Sequence record: OP079919.1
Reading direction: 5' to 3' (one strand)
Length of the DNA: 64,000 nucleotides
The stretch's first letter is position 1. Each line of letters opens with the position of its first letter. Positions 26,616-36,373 of this stretch are shown one piece after another. A model generated the notes under the pieces. That model saw only the letters and a program-made list of their open reading frames with translations, was not told where the DNA came from and ran no database searches. Both the position numbers and the translations under genes were made by a program.

Positions 26616-27092
26616 ATGAAAAACCTGCTCGATTTAGTGCTCAAATTTTTCATTGGGCTTAACCCAGGCCTGGCCGTACTGATGGAAGGTGGTTCGATCG
26701 TCAATGTGGTTGAAAAACCAGAAATCGATCGTTACGCCGGTGATATCATGCGTCCGGACGGCACAACCAAGCTTCTGTCGGTAACCTGGAAACCGGGTAC
26801 ATTTAAAGGCGTGTTCGGCCTCGATCCAGCCTTTGCTCCCGTCACGCAGGATGAAGCAGGCACCACTGAAGGTATCTTCCTGAAGACCGACGGCACGCCT
26901 TACTTTGCGTTGACGGCTGAAAATGCTACCGAAGCCAAAATCGAAGAAATCCTCGGATATGCTTTCGAAGAAGGCACGGTCGCAGTAGACACCGAAACCA
27001 AAAAGGTCAGCTTCGCAACGTCTACTATCGTTGCTGAAGTCGATCTGGTCGTTATCGAAGCGGCTCCGGTGGCCGACGGCCAACTGCCGTAA
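26616..27092 (+). CDS. acidic hypothetical protein, possible virion/tail component
   Basis: AGAGGA RBS, biased codon usage, beta-rich sequence, followed by terminator. Confidence 0.65.
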   Translation: MKNLLDLVLKFFIGLNPGLAVLMEGGSIVNVVEKPEIDRYAGDIMRPDGTTKLLSVTWKPGTFKGVFGLDPAFAPVTQDEAGTTEGIFLKTDGTPYFALTAENATEAKIEEILGYAFEEGTVAVDTETKKVSFATSTIVAEVDLVVIEAAPVADGQLP

Positions 27093-27100
27093 TAAGTAAC

Positions 27101-27134
27101 CTACTCCTACGTCCTTAACGGGGCGTAGGAGTAG
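27101..27134 (+). terminator. intrinsic terminator
   Basis: CTACTCCTACGTCCT-TAAC-GGGGCGTAGGAGTAG. Confidence 0.75.
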
Positions 27135-27161
27135 TTCGTTAATTATAACTGACTTTTTTAA

Positions 27162-27169
27162 TATATAAC
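27162..27169 (+). promoter_or_regulatory. early promoter-like TATATAAC
   Basis: 1 mismatch, poly-T upstream, 28 nt before ATG 27198. Confidence 0.5.
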
Positions 27170-27197
27170 CACCAACGTTCATTTAGGACATAACACC

Positions 27198-27404
27198 ATG
27201 TTGTATGACGCAATTGAAGTTTGTTTTATCGTAATCTCCATTCTTTCCTTTATCTGGGTAATGAAGAAGAAAGGAACCGGGGCGATGTTAATTATTGCGT
27301 TTTCTATTGTTGTCGTGGCAGGATGTCGTTATCAAGATAACGCCGATACCGAACAAGCTTTAGAACATCCAAAATATACCAAATCTAACTGCGGCTGCTT
27401 ATAA
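27198..27404 (+). CDS. small membrane protein / possible lipoprotein
   Basis: two hydrophobic segments ending in VAG-C lipobox-like motif. Confidence 0.6.
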   Translation: MLYDAIEVCFIVISILSFIWVMKKKGTGAMLIIAFSIVVVAGCRYQDNADTEQALEHPKYTKSNCGCL

Positions 27405-27416
27405 GAGGAACTGATT

Positions 27417-27710
27417 ATGTTTTATGATTTAGTCAAGGTTTGCAAGGAACTCGTATTCTCCCACACTTTCAACGAAAGCAATCCTGACAAGGGTTACTTC
27501 GATACCTGGAAGTGGCGTAAGTTACTCATTAACGTGGTAAGCGTAACGTATCACACCCCTAAGCTTGCCGCGCTCAGTCCGCACTTAAAGGCCATTTCCA
27601 GTAAAGTAGACGGACTGACGATTTCCCCGCAAACTGACAGCCAAGGACGGGTCACGCGAATCACTGTGACACACAATAATAAATCGGTAGGTTTCAGATT
27701 CAAACGTTAA
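27417..27710 (+). CDS. hypothetical protein
   Basis: GAGGA RBS. Confidence 0.7.
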   Translation: MFYDLVKVCKELVFSHTFNESNPDKGYFDTWKWRKLLINVVSVTYHTPKLAALSPHLKAISSKVDGLTISPQTDSQGRVTRITVTHNNKSVGFRFKR

Positions 27711-27723
27711 AGGAATAAAGACC

Positions 27724-28296
27724 ATGGGATACATCGAGCTTAAACACGGAACTGATAAAGACTACGTTCCCTATCGCACCAACGACATCTACGAGTTAGA
27801 TGAAGATATCACCGTCTTAACCGACGACACTCGGGTTATTGACGAAAATAAAGAAACCTACTTTTTTGTGCCAGGGGTGGACGCAGAAAACATCAAGGTT
27901 AAGGTCGGTGACGTGAACCAGTTTTTACTATTCTGGTCTGTAAAGGAAGGTGTCGAGGTCAGACTCGTTTCGTTTGGAACTGGGAGAAAAACCACAAAAG
28001 TGGTTGGGTTCCTCATGACCGAGTTTCATCACCATTCCATTTACGCCAGCGTGTTCTCGTCCCTGCTGCATCGAGAATCGAAAATGAATCTCCGTAGCAA
28101 TAAGTTAGCGACGGGGATCATGTGTAAATTACTTCATCGTTGTCTCAAAAGTTTTAAGCTCCAGCATCCTTCGCTTGGACGGATCTGTCTCGATATCGTA
28201 TCTGATAATGGCGTTATCAAGTACGTTAACCAACACGGTAATTTCAGTGGATTGTATTATCGATTCAATCCAGGGTTTAAACCAGAATTACGCTAG
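27724..28296 (+). CDS. hypothetical protein
   Basis: AAGGA RBS. Confidence 0.7.
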   Translation: MGYIELKHGTDKDYVPYRTNDIYELDEDITVLTDDTRVIDENKETYFFVPGVDAENIKVKVGDVNQFLLFWSVKEGVEVRLVSFGTGRKTTKVVGFLMTEFHHHSIYASVFSSLLHRESKMNLRSNKLATGIMCKLLHRCLKSFKLQHPSLGRICLDIVSDNGVIKYVNQHGNFSGLYYRFNPGFKPELR

Positions 28297-28304
28297 GAAA
28301 AAAC

Positions 28305-28847
28305 ATGTCGGAAATCATCAGTTACAATAAAGCGCAGCTGGTTAATGGGTTCGAACTCGTTTGCCATCATCGCACCATTCACCTGTTCGAAGATGTTTTC
28401 GAAAAGGGCAGGTACAATAAAGAGTTCGTTGCTAAATTTGACGAACTGGAAGTATTTTTGGATGTTCGTTACGCGATCATCTTAGGGAGAAAAGATAAAG
28501 ATCTCACACTGCATCTAATTCGCAGTAATGCAGCTCGTGAGATCGTCAGCTGGGATTATCATTACAAGTCCAATGATAACCGATCTGACAATTGGAAGAT
28601 GGAGGCCATCGGGCAGTTTATCGTCAGTGACATGGAGCAGGGATATTTCTCCCTCTCCCCTGGTTATCGAAGTGATATCAACGACCTACTGACTTATATC
28701 GGTGGTCAAGAGAAAGAGGTCAATATTCGCAATACAGAAATCAGCGTCAGTGAAGGTAAATTTAACTTCGTGGGCCGTAACGGACAACTCGGCCCGGGTT
28801 TGTTGTCAGAGACCAAACCCGTTAACCTCATTAAGCTGTGGGCATAA
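28305..28847 (+). CDS. hypothetical protein
   Basis: TAGGA RBS. Confidence 0.7.
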   Translation: MSEIISYNKAQLVNGFELVCHHRTIHLFEDVFEKGRYNKEFVAKFDELEVFLDVRYAIILGRKDKDLTLHLIRSNAAREIVSWDYHYKSNDNRSDNWKMEAIGQFIVSDMEQGYFSLSPGYRSDINDLLTYIGGQEKEVNIRNTEISVSEGKFNFVGRNGQLGPGLLSETKPVNLIKLWA

Positions 28848-28886
28848 TAATAACTCCTACTCCCGATAAGGGAGTAGGAGTTATTA
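28848..28886. terminator. bidirectional terminator
   Basis: perfect 17-bp stem between convergent genes. Confidence 0.85.
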
Positions 28887-28898
28887 ACTTTTTTGTTT

Positions 28899-30953
28899 TT
28901 AGAACAAATCTAAAACTGAAGATGTGGATTTAGGAAGCGGCATAGTAGGTAATTCGAAATCCATTAACTCCAATGCCTCTTCCCCACCGATAGCCCTCAA
29001 TGAAGGATTATTCAGTGTACTCTGAGATAACAGCTCTTCAACGTTGTCCCTCGACCACTGTAGAATATCGATGGACCGGGTCATGATGTTAAGTTCTTTA
29101 CCGGTATCCAGCTCGATCATCCAGAAGAAGCAAGGTTTATCCTGACCTTGTCTGAAGATACGCGCCTTGGTTTGTTTCAGCTCGTAATCCCTCCAAGGGG
29201 CATCCATGAGGATCTCCTGGTTAGCTACGACCATGTGCGCCGATTCCCTCAAAGATCTGAAGGTGGTGACTGCTGGGTTCAAATCAGGTTCCGTATCAAA
29301 CCGTTTGATTAGAATGTCTTTAGACTGATCGGCATCACCGTAAATCAATAGCGGTTTAAACCCTTCCTTGTTAAGCACACTATAGACTTCATTCAGCACA
29401 TCCACATAAGACGTAAAGATCAGTGTTTTCTTCTCTACGTTGTTTATCATGGATGGAAGTCCTGCATGCGCAACAACTGCCCTTACGGCTTCTATACGGG
29501 CCTTACCCAACACATTACCTAAAGCCTCCCCTCTTATCTTCAAGCCAACGTACTTAACGGCCGATTTGATATTGCGGAACTGTTTCAGCTGCTCTCCACG
29601 TAATCGAGCTTCAATGTCGATTTCGACGTTCTTAGCGTACTGGGAATCAGCTGAGTCAGTAAAGTTGTTATAACCGTGAGTTCTGAACCGATTCACGATC
29701 TGTTTGTATTTAACCAGTTCACCCAGCTTACCGTTGTCATCTTTAACGTAGCTTTCGTAATCGTCTAAAACGTGATTAAAGAAAGCCAAAAAAATCGGCA
29801 TGTTTTGTTCGTAGAACTTGACTCGGTTCTGTATGTAAGAAAGCATTTCGAGTCTAATGGCTTTCAACGTGAATCGTTCGCCATTAGGAACGGTAACCGG
29901 AACCATTTCTACCGGTGGCTCCTCACCCATATCAAAGAGAGAATCAATGACGTAACGTGTTCTACCCAACCGATGGGCCAGAAGGGTGTTAAGTTTATCC
30001 CTGGATAGCCCGTAAGACTTCATGAAACGCTCTCTGGCGTTTCCTTTAAAGAAAGGATCTATCAGTGCAAAGATTGAATACGCTTCCCTTGCCATGGCTT
30101 TTAGAGGGGTTCCTGACATAGGAAGAGAATCATTGAAGGGATAATGGTCAGCGGCTTTAATGATATTCTGGGTTTGTTTAGAACTCAGCTCGTTAAAGTT
30201 GTGGGACTCATCAACAACGAGTGACACTCCGCCTTTACCAGCCGCCTCGAAAACCTGATCGAGAATCTTAAAGAAATCAGGGTTTCTTGTATAATCAATG
30301 TGAATAAGGAAGTATTCGCAAGAAGGATCAAACGGTTTATTTTGACGGGTACTCCAATACTTAGGAGGGTCAACAAAAACCTTTTCCTCCATGTGCAACT
30401 TCCAGACGGTATTGATTCCTGCGTCTGGGCAAATGATGATATGTTTTTTATTACCCGTTAATCTTGTCCACATCAAGCTAGTGTAGGTTTTTCCACTACC
30501 TGCCTTGGCGTCCAGCAAAAGCCCTTTAAGGTGGTGTGATTTCTTAACCATCTTGTAAGTGGATATAAAACCCCATTGAGTATCATAAGGTTTTATTTTA
30601 AACTGTTTTAAAAAAGAAGCTTTGTCTATCGGATAAGCTGTAGGGGTAACGGTATCCTTTATCCAGGTATCCGTTCTGAGTTTTATTTGGAGTTCGTTAA
30701 GGCTCTTGCGACTACTCCAAGTATTTCTTGACTGGAGGATCTTTGTTATTAGATGATCCAACTCCAATAAGAAAAAGTTATCCGTAACGAACTTATTGGA
30801 CCCAACACGTCTGAACATATAACGACCTGGCGTGCTTGTACCATACGCGGTCTGTATGTCGTCATTAAAGTTACGGAAGTTAACATGATTGATTTCCGTA
30901 ATAGTCGGTCCTTGTTTAACATCAGGCCCAAAGATATAGTTTAACATCACCAA
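28899..30953 (-). CDS. SF2 (SNF2-like) helicase
   Basis: AKAGSGKT Walker A, VVDESH Walker B, MSGTP motif III, C-terminal QTKARIFRQGQ. Confidence 0.9.
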   Translation of the reverse strand: MVMLNYIFGPDVKQGPTITEINHVNFRNFNDDIQTAYGTSTPGRYMFRRVGSNKFVTDNFFLLELDHLITKILQSRNTWSSRKSLNELQIKLRTDTWIKDTVTPTAYPIDKASFLKQFKIKPYDTQWGFISTYKMVKKSHHLKGLLLDAKAGSGKTYTSLMWTRLTGNKKHIIICPDAGINTVWKLHMEEKVFVDPPKYWSTRQNKPFDPSCEYFLIHIDYTRNPDFFKILDQVFEAAGKGGVSLVVDESHNFNELSSKQTQNIIKAADHYPFNDSLPMSGTPLKAMAREAYSIFALIDPFFKGNARERFMKSYGLSRDKLNTLLAHRLGRTRYVIDSLFDMGEEPPVEMVPVTVPNGERFTLKAIRLEMLSYIQNRVKFYEQNMPIFLAFFNHVLDDYESYVKDDNGKLGELVKYKQIVNRFRTHGYNNFTDSADSQYAKNVEIDIEARLRGEQLKQFRNIKSAVKYVGLKIRGEALGNVLGKARIEAVRAVVAHAGLPSMINNVEKKTLIFTSYVDVLNEVYSVLNKEGFKPLLIYGDADQSKDILIKRFDTEPDLNPAVTTFRSLRESAHMVVANQEILMDAPWRDYELKQTKARIFRQGQDKPCFFWMIELDTGKELNIMTRSIDILQWSRDNVEELLSQSTLNNPSLRAIGGEEALELMDFELPTMPLPKSTSSVLDLF

Positions 30954-30977
30954 TCACCCGTTATTAGGAGTAGTAAA

Positions 30978-32255
30978 ATGAATTCTGTCGACATCAACAC
31001 CTATAAGAAGTTCTTCTCTGCTGTTGCCGCTGAACTGTTCAGTAATCTGGAAGATCTCAAAATCGTTTCCCATCGTCACGCGCTGTTAAATATTCTGTTT
31101 ATCGACGGGATCAAAATCAGTACGGGTGAACGTCGCCGCTATGCCTTCCACGAAAAGCATCTGAAGGCGGTCAAAGAACGCATTAACCTGGGCGACTTCT
31201 CTTTCCTCGATGAGCAGGTTCGGGATAAAGATTTCCAGCCGCGACAGTATAAAGGCGTCGAAATCGATCACGCTTACGGCTATGTGGTCAGCGCGGTCCC
31301 GGTCTTCACTTCCATGGAACAGCGCGGCACCGGCGATAAGGAATTCGACAACATGACCACCGGCCAACTGGCACGTGTTGATCAGTGGTTCACCGACTAC
31401 GCTAAGAAAGAAACCGACCAGCTGAAAACCATCGCCGATCTTACCGAAGCCTGGGGTAAATTCACCACGACGGTCAAGGATCACGATCTCTACTTCGGAT
31501 TCGACATCGAAGATCATAAAATCAGTCTGACCCTGGATAAAGCGCCTCCTATCGCTGATGAGATCAAGATCCTTCGTCAGCCGGTTACCCTGGAACAGCT
31601 CGCTGAGTTCTCTGAAGATGACCAGAAACACATCGCCGGTGTTCAGGCTGCCATCGACAAGATGAACGAACTCACTTCAGGGTTCTTCGGCATCGAGCTG
31701 GGTAACAAATACCTCACCCAATTCCGTGAGCGTATTTGGGAGCAGAACTTCTCCATGCCGCTTCAATATCAGACCAACATCGTCTATGAGTTCACCGATA
31801 ACACGCCTGAAACTCGTGCCCTCGTAGAGGAACAAGTCGAAAAGGTTATCAGTCTGCTGAAAGATAAAGAAGCCGAGCTGGGTAATCGTGTCTATCTCGA
31901 CACTAACTCGCTGGCGACCTTCGTTGTTAACGAAGAAGGTGCTAACGAATACTACGACTACCCTGTGGTCCGTGAGATGTGGTCGAAGTTCGTTCGCTCG
32001 TTCGGTAAAGCGATCCTCAACCTGATGAACCAGACCGAATCGGTTTACTTCAAACCCTACATCTCTAAGGTAACCAAAGTGGAAACCGAAGAAACTCCTG
32101 CTGTTCGTAAACGTGGTGAAAACCCGCACCTGGTCGCAGTTGATGAATCGCCTTTTGTAGATGGCGATGCAGAAGTGGTAGTTGAAGACGATTCCGCCCA
32201 GGATGAAACCTATGCGCTCGAAGGCGACGCTCAGGCTCCTAGTCAAAACGTTTAA
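30978..32255 (+). CDS. acidic hypothetical protein, strongly biased codon usage
   Basis: TAGGAG RBS, D/E-rich tail, own terminator. Confidence 0.8.
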   Translation: MNSVDINTYKKFFSAVAAELFSNLEDLKIVSHRHALLNILFIDGIKISTGERRRYAFHEKHLKAVKERINLGDFSFLDEQVRDKDFQPRQYKGVEIDHAYGYVVSAVPVFTSMEQRGTGDKEFDNMTTGQLARVDQWFTDYAKKETDQLKTIADLTEAWGKFTTTVKDHDLYFGFDIEDHKISLTLDKAPPIADEIKILRQPVTLEQLAEFSEDDQKHIAGVQAAIDKMNELTSGFFGIELGNKYLTQFRERIWEQNFSMPLQYQTNIVYEFTDNTPETRALVEEQVEKVISLLKDKEAELGNRVYLDTNSLATFVVNEEGANEYYDYPVVREMWSKFVRSFGKAILNLMNQTESVYFKPYISKVTKVETEETPAVRKRGENPHLVAVDESPFVDGDAEVVVEDDSAQDETYALEGDAQAPSQNV

Positions 32256-32273
32256 TCGATAACGCAAAGAAAC

Positions 32274-32305
32274 TATTCCTCCTACCCGTAAGGGTAGGAG
32301 GAATA
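32274..32305. terminator. bidirectional terminator, GTAA loop
   Basis: perfect 14-bp stem between convergent genes. Confidence 0.85.
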
Positions 32306-32324
32306 TATTTCTGTTATTTTTTTT

Positions 32325-32984
32325 TTACGGCGTTTGTTCATTCTTAGCGGCTATTAACGCAGCCTCTAATTCCTGAATGTACAATTGTTGTTTGGTTATA
32401 GTTTCGGCCTGCTTAGCGAGTTTGATTTGATCCGTCTCTGCATTAGCGATAGCGTTAAGCCGAGTAGATTCAAATATTTCCGCGTCTTCTTTCGACACAT
32501 AAGCCCTGGTAGGAATACTACCGATGTAGCTCTTCGCGTTAGCAAGTCCGAAATTAGTTTTAGCGTAATCTTGGAAGTGATCGATCAACGTGTTAATTTT
32601 ATCCGCCATCTGAGGAGGGCATGCCCCCAGGTCGGTGTAAACAACAAATCTTTCAAAGATCACCCCGTCAATTAGGGGAAATGATTTGATATAGGTGCTG
32701 GGAATATAAACCGGAGATCCGTTTTTAGAGGTCAGGGTGATGATCGCCCCGTTATTCTCTTCTACCAGATCTAAGATACTTTCATAAGCATCTTCTGATA
32801 TCCCCACTGGTTCGAACATCAATCCCCAAACATCAATATTCCTGTTTCGGAACTGTGCCGCCGTACAGACGTCTTCCACTTTATAAAAGATGGACTCGTC
32901 GACCACTGTTGTAAAAGGTGTGATCGCGGTAAATTGTCCCGCGGCATAGAGTGAAGGAATGACGTTTTTATCAGTGTCTGCCAT
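32325..32984 (-). CDS. putative virion structural protein
   Basis: position in conserved phiKZ-like virion block; family from recall only. Confidence 0.6.
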   Translation of the reverse strand: MADTDKNVIPSLYAAGQFTAITPFTTVVDESIFYKVEDVCTAAQFRNRNIDVWGLMFEPVGISEDAYESILDLVEENNGAIITLTSKNGSPVYIPSTYIKSFPLIDGVIFERFVVYTDLGACPPQMADKINTLIDHFQDYAKTNFGLANAKSYIGSIPTRAYVSKEDAEIFESTRLNAIANAETDQIKLAKQAETITKQQLYIQELEAALIAAKNEQTP

Positions 32985-32994
32985 GGACTAACCT

Positions 32995-34332
32995 CTATTC
33001 GGTAATAATCCCGTCTTTAATAAACTGGGCCTTGGTCACCATTTGGAATCGGGTGGATCCCACTTGAATGGTTGCGAAGAGAATATTGTCCTTGACCAGA
33101 CGTTTGATCCCTGCCGGGACCAGACCGTCTTCAGTTAACACTTCTGCTCCGCTGATCAGTGTTTGCATGGCGGTGATGAAGTCGGTTGTGGCTGTAGACA
33201 TCCATGCGAACTGGGAATCGGTAGAAGGGATGAGCTGATAATCAGGGTAGAGTTCTTTGATTTTAGTCACGCCGTTAAAGTTCGTCGGTTTACCGGCGAA
33301 ACAGACTTTAGCGGATTTATAAAGGAAAGGAACGATCTGCGCTGATTTTATGATATTATCGGACGTATAACCTATAAGGTATTTCGTCGGATTTGTTAAA
33401 AGTGTTTCGTAGCTGGCAATCGGAGAGTACAGCGAACTTCCATCTGTTTTATTCTCCAAACCTAACTCATCCCAATAAGGGATCGCAACAAACTGCGTCG
33501 GGTTAAAAAGATCAGGGATGGCGTTCTCCCAATCCTCTTCACTTTCAGACGTTAATGCCAAAATGGCATTTGCTATCTCAGTGTAGATCTGATCTTCCTG
33601 ATCGTCGGCGTTACCGTAAACCAACACAGTGAAATAAACGGTGTTGTAATTCGCGGTATTTACCAGATCGTAGACTTTGAACGGATAGACGAAACGAGAG
33701 CTGTATCGGTATTCGCCGTCATTGGTTGCTGCTAAGACGCGTTGCTCGATCACGCTAGGGGTTTCTTGAGCAAGTCTAGTAGCGAGCTGCTGATAATTCA
33801 GTGTGACGAGTTTATCGATTTCGTCATCTGGAAGCACCAGGATAGGGACGATTTCGCAATAAGGATATTCCGCTTCAAAGTAAGCATTAGCGAACCAGAT
33901 TTTAAAATAAACGGTATCCCCGTTAGTCAGCGTCTGGGTACCCTCAATATGAGAAGGAAGATAAATGACACTATTCGTGACCATCGTTCCTACACCGCTG
34001 AATACTACCCCGGCGGTAAATTGTGCTTGCACTAACTGCAAACATGCTGTACTATCGTTAGTTAATACTCCGGCCACCGCCTGTTGATAAAGCCACTGAG
34101 CGATGTCCAGCTGTTTATTTTTTGTTTCATCCGGCATGATTTCGGCAACATCATCCTTCACACCATAAAAATTAATTAAGGTGGGGATGTGATCATCGCT
34201 GCGATAGAAACCCGGATCTTTCGAATACGCTCTCGTTTTGCTAGACAGCTCCCCTAACGGGGAAACCACTTTCTCGTGGTTATCACTTAGCGCCGCAATA
34301 GCACTAAATGAAAGGTATGAATATTTGCTCAT
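32995..34332 (-). CDS. putative virion structural protein
   Basis: VSPLGELS..YS N-terminus as recalled for phiKZ-like virion proteins; synteny. Confidence 0.65.
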   Translation of the reverse strand: MSKYSYLSFSAIAALSDNHEKVVSPLGELSSKTRAYSKDPGFYRSDDHIPTLINFYGVKDDVAEIMPDETKNKQLDIAQWLYQQAVAGVLTNDSTACLQLVQAQFTAGVVFSGVGTMVTNSVIYLPSHIEGTQTLTNGDTVYFKIWFANAYFEAEYPYCEIVPILVLPDDEIDKLVTLNYQQLATRLAQETPSVIEQRVLAATNDGEYRYSSRFVYPFKVYDLVNTANYNTVYFTVLVYGNADDQEDQIYTEIANAILALTSESEEDWENAIPDLFNPTQFVAIPYWDELGLENKTDGSSLYSPIASYETLLTNPTKYLIGYTSDNIIKSAQIVPFLYKSAKVCFAGKPTNFNGVTKIKELYPDYQLIPSTDSQFAWMSTATTDFITAMQTLISGAEVLTEDGLVPAGIKRLVKDNILFATIQVGSTRFQMVTKAQFIKDGIITE

Positions 34333-34352
34333 AATGTCGTCCGTTAAGGAAA

Positions 34353-34766
34353 GTGAAAATGTTTCCCATAGCCAAAGAACTGGTGGATAGGTTCATAGAA
34401 TGGCTCCTCAGGCGCGCGTCTGGAGAGACTTTAGAAGAAAAACAGAACTCGGCTATTCGGTATATTTCCTACGTTGCCGGGGGATTATTGTGGGCGGTTT
34501 TGACCCTCGTCGTCATCGATATTAATTTATCTTTACGTATACACGCAACTGAAGGCGCTGCAGCAGCGGTTAACAAAATGTTCTCTACGGATAGGAACCC
34601 TATAGATGAACTGATTAAAATCAACCGCACGTTAAGCGACAGGGTAGAATCGCTCAGGGAAGAAAATATTCTTTTAATCAAGGATAACTTGCGTCTATTG
34701 GATCAAACTAAAGTCATGGAAGATGTTGTAAAAACCTGCAAAAGACCGTCAACCAAAAAACAGTAA
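34353..34766 (+). CDS. single-TM coiled-coil protein
   Basis: TM segment followed by heptad repeats; TAAGGA RBS. Confidence 0.65.
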   Translation: MKMFPIAKELVDRFIEWLLRRASGETLEEKQNSAIRYISYVAGGLLWAVLTLVVIDINLSLRIHATEGAAAAVNKMFSTDRNPIDELIKINRTLSDRVESLREENILLIKDNLRLLDQTKVMEDVVKTCKRPSTKKQ

Positions 34767-34773
34767 TATTTTT

Positions 34774-34807
34774 ATACTAGGGATCCCAAATATGGGATCC
34801 CTAGTAT
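34774..34807 (+). terminator. 15-bp perfect hairpin
   Basis: ATACTAGGGATCCCA-AATA-TGGGATCCCTAGTAT; T tract lies on the 5' side. Confidence 0.55.
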
Positions 34808-34832
34808 TACACAATGACAAAGGCCTTGAACT

Positions 34833-36323
34833 ATGTCTGAGATTAATCTCGTTTATTATTTAGTGAGTCGAAAAGTAGAAGGTAAGAAAACAGAAAGGGC
34901 TTGCGCAGGCGCTTTCGGTTATTCTTACGACGTATCCGTGGTGGGTAAGAAAAAGTTACAGAAAGATGTCCCTACTACCGTAGGGTTTTATGTCGGAAAT
35001 ACGACGAGCAATGGAACTGTAGTAGAACCTATCGATTCCCTTTCTGTGGTTGTTTCGGATAGGGCTCTGGAAATAGAAGCTCAACTGGACTTACTCAAAG
35101 TTATTCTGGAGGATGCCGTAGAGCATGAGGATGTTAAGAACATCGGGTTAATTGGGAAATACCCGTTACTCGAGAAACTTCTTACGGTCGACCCTTCCAA
35201 AATCGTAGAAAAGGAATATAAGTTAGGTAAAACGGAATTTAATAAAGAAGCGGTTAAATCTCTTACAGATATCCAAGCCCTTATGGATAAACTAAAGGGA
35301 AGAAGCAAACTCATCTTTAACTTCACACTAAGTGTTGAAGGTGGGATGGGTCCTAAGATGGCATGGCAGTCGGCTGGCATCGCCGAGGTTGAAACGGTTT
35401 GGGGAATGGAACCCATTGCGGCTTTATACCGTCAACCGATGAAAACTTTCCTTAATCCGGAGAGTGACTTTAACCGTATCATTTGTGGTAGCCGGTGGTA
35501 TTTTAACACAGGCGAAGGCAACGACTTCTATGAACTAAAGGAAGGTTACCGCCGCTACGGCTTCGGTAAAGTCGAGAAAGATAAGAAGTATTACGGTAAG
35601 CTCACCCCAGACGTGACTTATTCCTCTTTCTACACAAAGACACCTATAGCGCTGTTGGATAAGCTTTATGATTATACCGAGAAAAGGACGCATAACCCTA
35701 AAGGTTTGATGCTCGCTGGGAACATGCAATTCGTCAAATCTAAGGAAATAGCCAGGCTTATCGATAACTGCCCTGGGGTAGTGAGAGAAAAGGATTTGAT
35801 CGTTCCGTTTAGAATGGGTTCTCAGGATGAGCCCACTTTGGTGGAGCTGATTGACCCACCTGGACTCACTTACCGGATTTCTGATGTCATGGAAGAACAT
35901 GACATTATCTTACACAGCTTCTTAAACAAAGATGAGTTCAATAAATTCGGGCAATATCAAAAGTTCTACGATATAACGAATGTCATTTTTGAGAAGATCC
36001 CAAATAAAAAAGGGGAGATCAAGTTAAAGCTTCAACCGGACTTCACCCAAAATACCCAAACGTTTAAAGTCAACGTAGAACACCGCAAAGCGGTTAAAGC
36101 GGTACCTATAACGTTGAGCGTCGGATACGATTTACCAGAGCGAAATGCATTTAACTCAGTAAAGGATCCCGATGTTCAAGTTTGGGTTAACATTGACGAA
36201 GCCAACGACGGATGTTTGATCTACCGCATCATTGTTAAAGCGGAAGACTGGATTTACATACATGCGTCTGGATGCGCTAATGTAAGGGTCTTGAATAAAG
36301 CCGAGCTAGGTAGAAAAGATTAA
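34833..36323 (+). CDS. RNase H-family protein (phiKZ gp155-like), catalytic residues apparently lost
   Basis: synteny next to uvsX; GYSY..PT.VG, GK..PD..YS and LPERNA motifs as recalled for the family. Confidence 0.65.
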   Translation: MSEINLVYYLVSRKVEGKKTERACAGAFGYSYDVSVVGKKKLQKDVPTTVGFYVGNTTSNGTVVEPIDSLSVVVSDRALEIEAQLDLLKVILEDAVEHEDVKNIGLIGKYPLLEKLLTVDPSKIVEKEYKLGKTEFNKEAVKSLTDIQALMDKLKGRSKLIFNFTLSVEGGMGPKMAWQSAGIAEVETVWGMEPIAALYRQPMKTFLNPESDFNRIICGSRWYFNTGEGNDFYELKEGYRRYGFGKVEKDKKYYGKLTPDVTYSSFYTKTPIALLDKLYDYTEKRTHNPKGLMLAGNMQFVKSKEIARLIDNCPGVVREKDLIVPFRMGSQDEPTLVELIDPPGLTYRISDVMEEHDIILHSFLNKDEFNKFGQYQKFYDITNVIFEKIPNKKGEIKLKLQPDFTQNTQTFKVNVEHRKAVKAVPITLSVGYDLPERNAFNSVKDPDVQVWVNIDEANDGCLIYRIIVKAEDWIYIHASGCANVRVLNKAELGRKD

Positions 36324-36333
36324 CTTGGTTGAA

Positions 36334-36369
36334 TATAACAGTTAGGGTCGTGAGACCCTAACTGTTATA
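36334..36369. terminator. bidirectional terminator, GTGA loop
   Basis: perfect 16-bp stem between convergent genes. Confidence 0.85.
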
Positions 36370-36373
36370 CTAT

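Noticed and set aside
26634-27182. 182-aa antisense ORF
   Set aside because: Fully overlaps the 26616 gene and crosses a terminator
31086-32267. Two antisense ORFs (181 and 196 aa)
   Set aside because: Shadows of the codon-biased 30978 gene
34353-34766. Holin or i-spanin call
   Set aside because: A single TM plus coiled coil is compatible, but there is no o-spanin lipoprotein partner and it is far from the endolysin
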